Source: Dudresnaya verticillata | Lineage: Eukaryota | Length of the DNA stretch: 64,000 nucleotides | Reading direction: 5' to 3' | NCBI GenBank assembly: GCA_977862235.1 | Contig: OZ374557.1 | Location: 992,001 to 1,056,000, forward strand | In this document: positions 59,520 to 64,000 of the stretch, in pieces | How the letters are laid out: every line of letters begins with the position of its first letter | Position numbering within the stretch: position 1 is the first letter of the stretch | Made by a program: the position numbers and the translations under genes | The notes under the pieces: generated by a model | The model's database searches: none | What the model saw: the letters and a program-made list of their open reading frames with translations, nothing else | Told to the model about the DNA's origin: nothing

Positions 59520-61430
59520 GCAACCGACTTGCAGGAGACAACATCACGCATCACTTTGAGGATGAAGAGGATGCGATTGAAGTTGACACACCCTCTTCAG
59601 CTCTACTATCTCCGTCAGAACCCAGCTCATTCTAATCTGATAACACAACTGAGGAAGAAAACGACTCTGACAATCGTCCGGCCGGTGTGAGGTCAGATCA
59701 AACCCCAGCAATAGAGTCGATATCCTCGTCACCAACGTCGTCAGACGTCTAAATAGTTCTTCGCAAGCTCTTCCGAAGCTCAAAAACAGATTGTCATCAT
59801 AACGGACGATGAGCCCCCTTTCCCAGAGGCCATTTCTCCCACTCCGGAGGAGCGTGATTTGAGGTATTCTGCTGTCGATGATGCGTTCGCGTCCTTGGAA
59901 ATCAAAGGAACGTAGGCCCGTGATGATAGTACTAGTTCACAGCCGCTTCCAACGCATGCCGTGCTGAACGTTAAACGTAAGTCTGATGGGACCGCCGTGC
60001 ACTTCAGAGCGCGGGTCGTCGCTGGTGGAAAGGTCCGGACGTATGGTGAAGACTACATGGAAACGTATGCCCCAGTTGTGTCATTCTCGCGCGCATGTTC
60101 CTATACTTGGAACTGTGTTTGAACCTTTTTGTCGTGCAGATGGACGTGAAGACGGCTTTCCTGAATGGGCATCTGGCAGACAAAGTGTGAGTATTGTCAC
60201 CACGTTGGATTCCTGGAATGGAATGTCTCTGTTACAGACTCCTGAAAGCTACGTATAGCTCAAAACAGGCTCACCCAGCTTGGCAAACCAAGCTGTTTAG
60301 TGACCTTGTTAGAATGATAGGTTAGGAATTGCCAAGTGAGCCTCGTATGTTTTGTCGCAAATCCAAGTCTTCCCGATATGCATACATCTTGGTTTAAGTG
60401 GATACGTGCTCCTTATAGCACCCACAAAGGTGGAGAGACGCCATTGTGAAGGAACTGCAGGGGCTTTACGATCTACGGCTGTCTGAAGGGGTTGACCTCT
60501 TCCTCGGAATAGAGTTTGGATGGGAGCTAGACTCTGATGGAAGATTTGTATCCCTCAAGATGTCTCCACAGGCGTACACTGAAAGTATTGTTCGCGGCTT
60601 TGGACTGCAGAACTCGAAGTCGGCGTGCACACCAATGGTTAAGTCGCTCTTCTCTGGACTTGAATCCGAAAAAGACAAGGCCGGTATGTTGGTTGAGAGG
60701 TACCAGTAGATGATCGGACCTCTTCTGTATTTGGGACCTCGCACAGGGCTGGACGCCCTGGCGTCCATGCTCATCCTCGCACGGTTTCCGAAGGCTCCAA
60801 CTGCGTACTATCATCAGGGTGCAAAGCGGGTGCTGCGATATATCCGAGGTACTTCCAAGCTTATGTGGACGCTGACTATGCCGGGAACACCACAGACCGA
60901 AAGTATATGTCTGGTTACACGGTGAAACTGGGAGATGCAGTGTGTATTTGAGGATCCAAGAAGCATTCAACTGTTGCTCTCTCAACCTGCGACTCGGAGT
61001 ACTATGCAATGCCTCTGGCTGCAAAAGAGACTGTTTGGGTCACGCGAGTGTTGAAGGAGACCGACTTGGACGTCGAAGGCCCGGTTACATTCAGATCAGA
61101 CAATCAGTCTGCCATCAATTGGGGTACTGCAGAACGCTGTCCATCTGGTCGTGCCAAGCACATCTACGTTCGCGTACACTTCATTCGCGAACTTGTCGCC
61201 GGCTCTGTTCTGGAATTATTGTATGTGCCGTCACGAGACAACGACGCGGAACTGATGACAAAGCCACTCGGGCCGTCCGTGCTCAATAGAATTCTACCAA
61301 GGGTTAGAATTGGAGGAGGCATCGAGGAGGAGTGTTGAGGACATGGTTGCTGGCGCCTCACGTCATGGGTCAGGCACCCCAGATGGCACCCTGACACGCT
61401 GTCACCAAACCTTCCGGAGACGACAGCCCT
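59520..61430 (+). mobile_element. Decayed Copia RT/RNase H with 3' LTR starting at 61333 (right end not resolved)
   Basis: YGEDYMETYAPV, QMDVKTAFLNG, FLGIEF, AKRVLRYI, SDNQSAI, AKHIYVRVHFIRE, AELMTKPL; PPT GAGGAGGAG. Confidence 0.85.
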
Positions 61431-62499
61431 TTTTCCGGGCTTTCCCAAATCACGGCGCATTTAGGCCTTTTGCAATAGCAACTTGAAACGGGCTTCTGAT
61501 TGGTTGCTACCTACCGCCTCTATGGTCGGTCTATATGGCTTACAAGTGTTGTGCTGGAATTGCCGGTTATTACATGAACGGCCAAGTGGAACGATCCGAT
61601 TGGATCACATGGATACAGTGTATGTGTCACGTGGTATCGCATGGAATGGTATTGGTATGATGCGTGCAGTAATTCCACAGTACATATAAGGGTGCCACGC
61701 AATATACTGATGGAGTCTTTGTAACCGTCTTAACAGGATCATTGTTGCTGACATCAGCAGATGCAGTCGTCGTGCGGCCGACTCGTTGGTTATTTACAGT
61801 TACCACGTAGCCAAATCTGGGTGATAATGGCCGATGATCAAAGTTGGATATTCATGGACGGAGTTCAGCTTGTGAGTGCGGCCACGCGGTGTGTAGTGCT
61901 GTCCAACAGCGTACAGTACTATCGGAAAGCAGCCATGCGGGAACACGCAAGACATTAAAGTTCCCGCCCAAAGTTGGAGTAGTGCTGGACTGAACATGGA
62001 CGCACTGAAATGCGATCACAAGAGGGCTTGCTCATGTCAGCAGTTAGAAAGACTGATTTACAAGTTCCCGTTCATTTTGGTGGCGGATGTGAGTGCGCTG
62101 GGACTATGATTTGGGAGATTTGATTGTTTTACGTTTCCTGCCCATTTGATGAGAGGGACTTTGGGCGTTCCTTTGACGATTTGTTTTGCTTGTGGTCACG
62201 CAGCGACTCATTCGAGAAGAAGTTCCAGTTTCATCTTAATCTTTTGTCCAGGTGATTCCGTCCTCGCCTGAGAGTTTAATTACTCCGAAGGTGGGAGCTA
62301 CTTGAAAACGTTGCTCCGCGCCTGACTGTTTCTTCTTCATCGAAGGGAATCACTTTGTCCTCACATCCCCTTCGGGTGTGTTGCACTACTCGGATTCACC
62401 TGCGATATCTCTGTGGACAATAAAATTATTTCCTGAACAAATATTGTCCCAACCTTTCCTTTCTTCAAAAAGTTACAAAGTCGCCTCCACTACCGGTTC

Positions 62500-62946
62500 A
62501 ATTAGCCATGGTTGATACCGAGCCCGAGTTGGATACTTCGAGAGGGTCAAAAATACCCGTTTCCACGGCAATAGAAGTGACAGCTACGGAATCTGACGCC
62601 ATCGTCTTAGTGCTGCATGCCGAATCAAGGGTTTTAGGGATGTTGTCCACACCCTCTCTGATGAATCCAATCCCTCAGAGTCTACTGGAAGTTCGTTGGC
62701 AGACACAGCCATTATTGAATCTAGGCTGCTGGCCGAGTGTAAGAAGGACTGTGGAATCATTATTTCAGCCCCTGTGGAATCATTATTTCAGCCCGTGGTG
62801 ATGTTCCGACTCGCGCTGTTATGGAGGTCCATGATGACCCCAGGCGCATGTTGGAGTTACTGGACTCCCGCAATACCTCCAATCAAACAGACTCGCGTAT
62901 TGCAGTGCAGACCGAGCTGTTCCGTCTGAAATTTACTGGTTGGAAT
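62500..62946 (+). pseudogene. Copia gag remnant, interrupted by an E-family LTR
   Basis: DDPRRMLELLDSR..SRIAVQTELFRLKFTG resembles Copia gag (UBN2-type). Confidence 0.5.
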
Positions 62947-64000
62947 TGTGGTACAACGGCAAGCGGGCCACTGAAATGGACGCAGTCGAGCGGGCCAAGT
63001 GGGGCGATTGGCCCAACCAAACGAAGACACTTGGCCAAAAGGGGCCACAACATCGGCGAGCGGTGAACGCGCACATGTATAACACGTGTCTACCGAGCAT
63101 ACACGTGTGTCACACGTGGGCAGCTACAATACCGCAGTCCACCACGTGTCACGTTGTACACGTATGATCTCATTCAAGGGGCCGGACACAAAGGGAAATT
63201 AGATTTGGCCGCAAATGAAATCAGGAAGACAGTGGCAAAATCAAGGGCACATCTAACTCATATGGCCAATGACTAAGGGACAAGTACTTGATTTAGTCTG
63301 GTAGTGGCATGATATTGGCTCGACACCGGAACAAAAGTAGATATTATGGCCAACGGGGAGTAAACTCGGAGGCTAACTGTAGAGTAGCTCTAGAATAGCT
63401 CAGATGGCCGATTTTGGGCCGATTTAGATGGCCACACACTACTGCCCGGCCAGGATAGGGGCCAAGCCGCCCGATCAGAGGTTGGGACTAACATTTTTCA
63501 ATCTTCCCCAACCTGTAACTTCTACTGTTCTCATCTAGTTGGTGGCCACGACTTCGTCTACGCGCACCCGCTCTATCACGCTTGCTATCGGCGCGTAGAT
63601 CCATTATACGTTCGGCCAGTCCTTCAGAAATCCGATCGGTCTTCCTGGTCCTTTGGGGTCTCCTTTTTGGCGCCGCACTCGGTGGTGCTTTTCGAGATAC
63701 TGCACTGGTCTCCCTATTCGTATACCTAGAAGACGAGCTGTGATCTTGGCCGTATTTCTCCGTTAGAAGACTCATGTAGCTGACCGTAGTCGACGACGGC
63801 CAGTGTGAATTCCTGGATCTAGCGACGCGGTGGGCAACGCGGTTTTCTTGACTATGCTAGTCCCGACGGCTGTCGGAAGGTTGTAGGAGCTGGCCTGAAT
63901 GTGGATCAATAGTCTCCAACTCAAACGGAAGGTGCTCCGGAAAGTTCAGGTTGAGATCTCAGAAGTTCAGATCTCGGAAGTAGAGGTCTGAGTTATTGCA
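62947..64000 (-). mobile_element. E-family Gypsy 3' LTR (62947-63704) and internal 3' region running off the window
   Basis: Inverted homology to 38165-38943. Purine tract AATAGGGAGA just before the minus-strand TGCAGT start. Confidence 0.7.

Noticed and set aside
2354..61426. Copia LTR starts at 2354 and 61333 as the two ends of one giant element
   Set aside because: Both are preceded by the RNase H end and PPT, so both are 3' LTRs of separate copies.
63706..63714. TGGTCTCCC as a fifth copy of the shared PBS
   Set aside because: Only 9 of 18 nt match and the adjacent LTR is on the minus strand, so this is better read as its purine tract.

Overview
This is eukaryotic DNA: one intronless host gene encoding a C-terminal CCT domain (46-1485, frame open to the window edge), followed by ~62 kb of nested, mostly decayed transposons. 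A red alga is my best guess for the host (inference only). Target-site duplications resolve a nest of chromodomain Ty3/Gypsy elements. Element A1 (3820-13104, TSD AAGTT) sits inside element B (3269-18553, TSD AACAC), which sits in the 3' LTR of minus-strand element A2 (3195-36590). A2 also carries element C (19577-29466) and appears to sit in the LTR tip of a third A copy (A3). Further right are Gypsy remnants E and F, a pogo-like DDE transposase, a GalEa-like Copia and several decayed Copia elements. Main discoveries: (1) In element B an 89-nt GTAAGT/CTAAC/CAG intron spans the LTR end and the primer-binding site. Splicing it creates the ATG (A|TG) of an extra ORF upstream of gag with two JAZ/matrin-type C-x2-C-x12-H-x5-H fingers. 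A second locus (49663-50494) has the same acceptor and finger architecture. (2) Element A is saturated with the palindrome CCGTWACGG, and sister families appear to carry their own motifs. (3) Element C has a ~600-codon antisense ORF. (4) Four families share an exact 18-nt PBS, probably for tRNA-Tyr. All functions are hypotheses; no searches were run.
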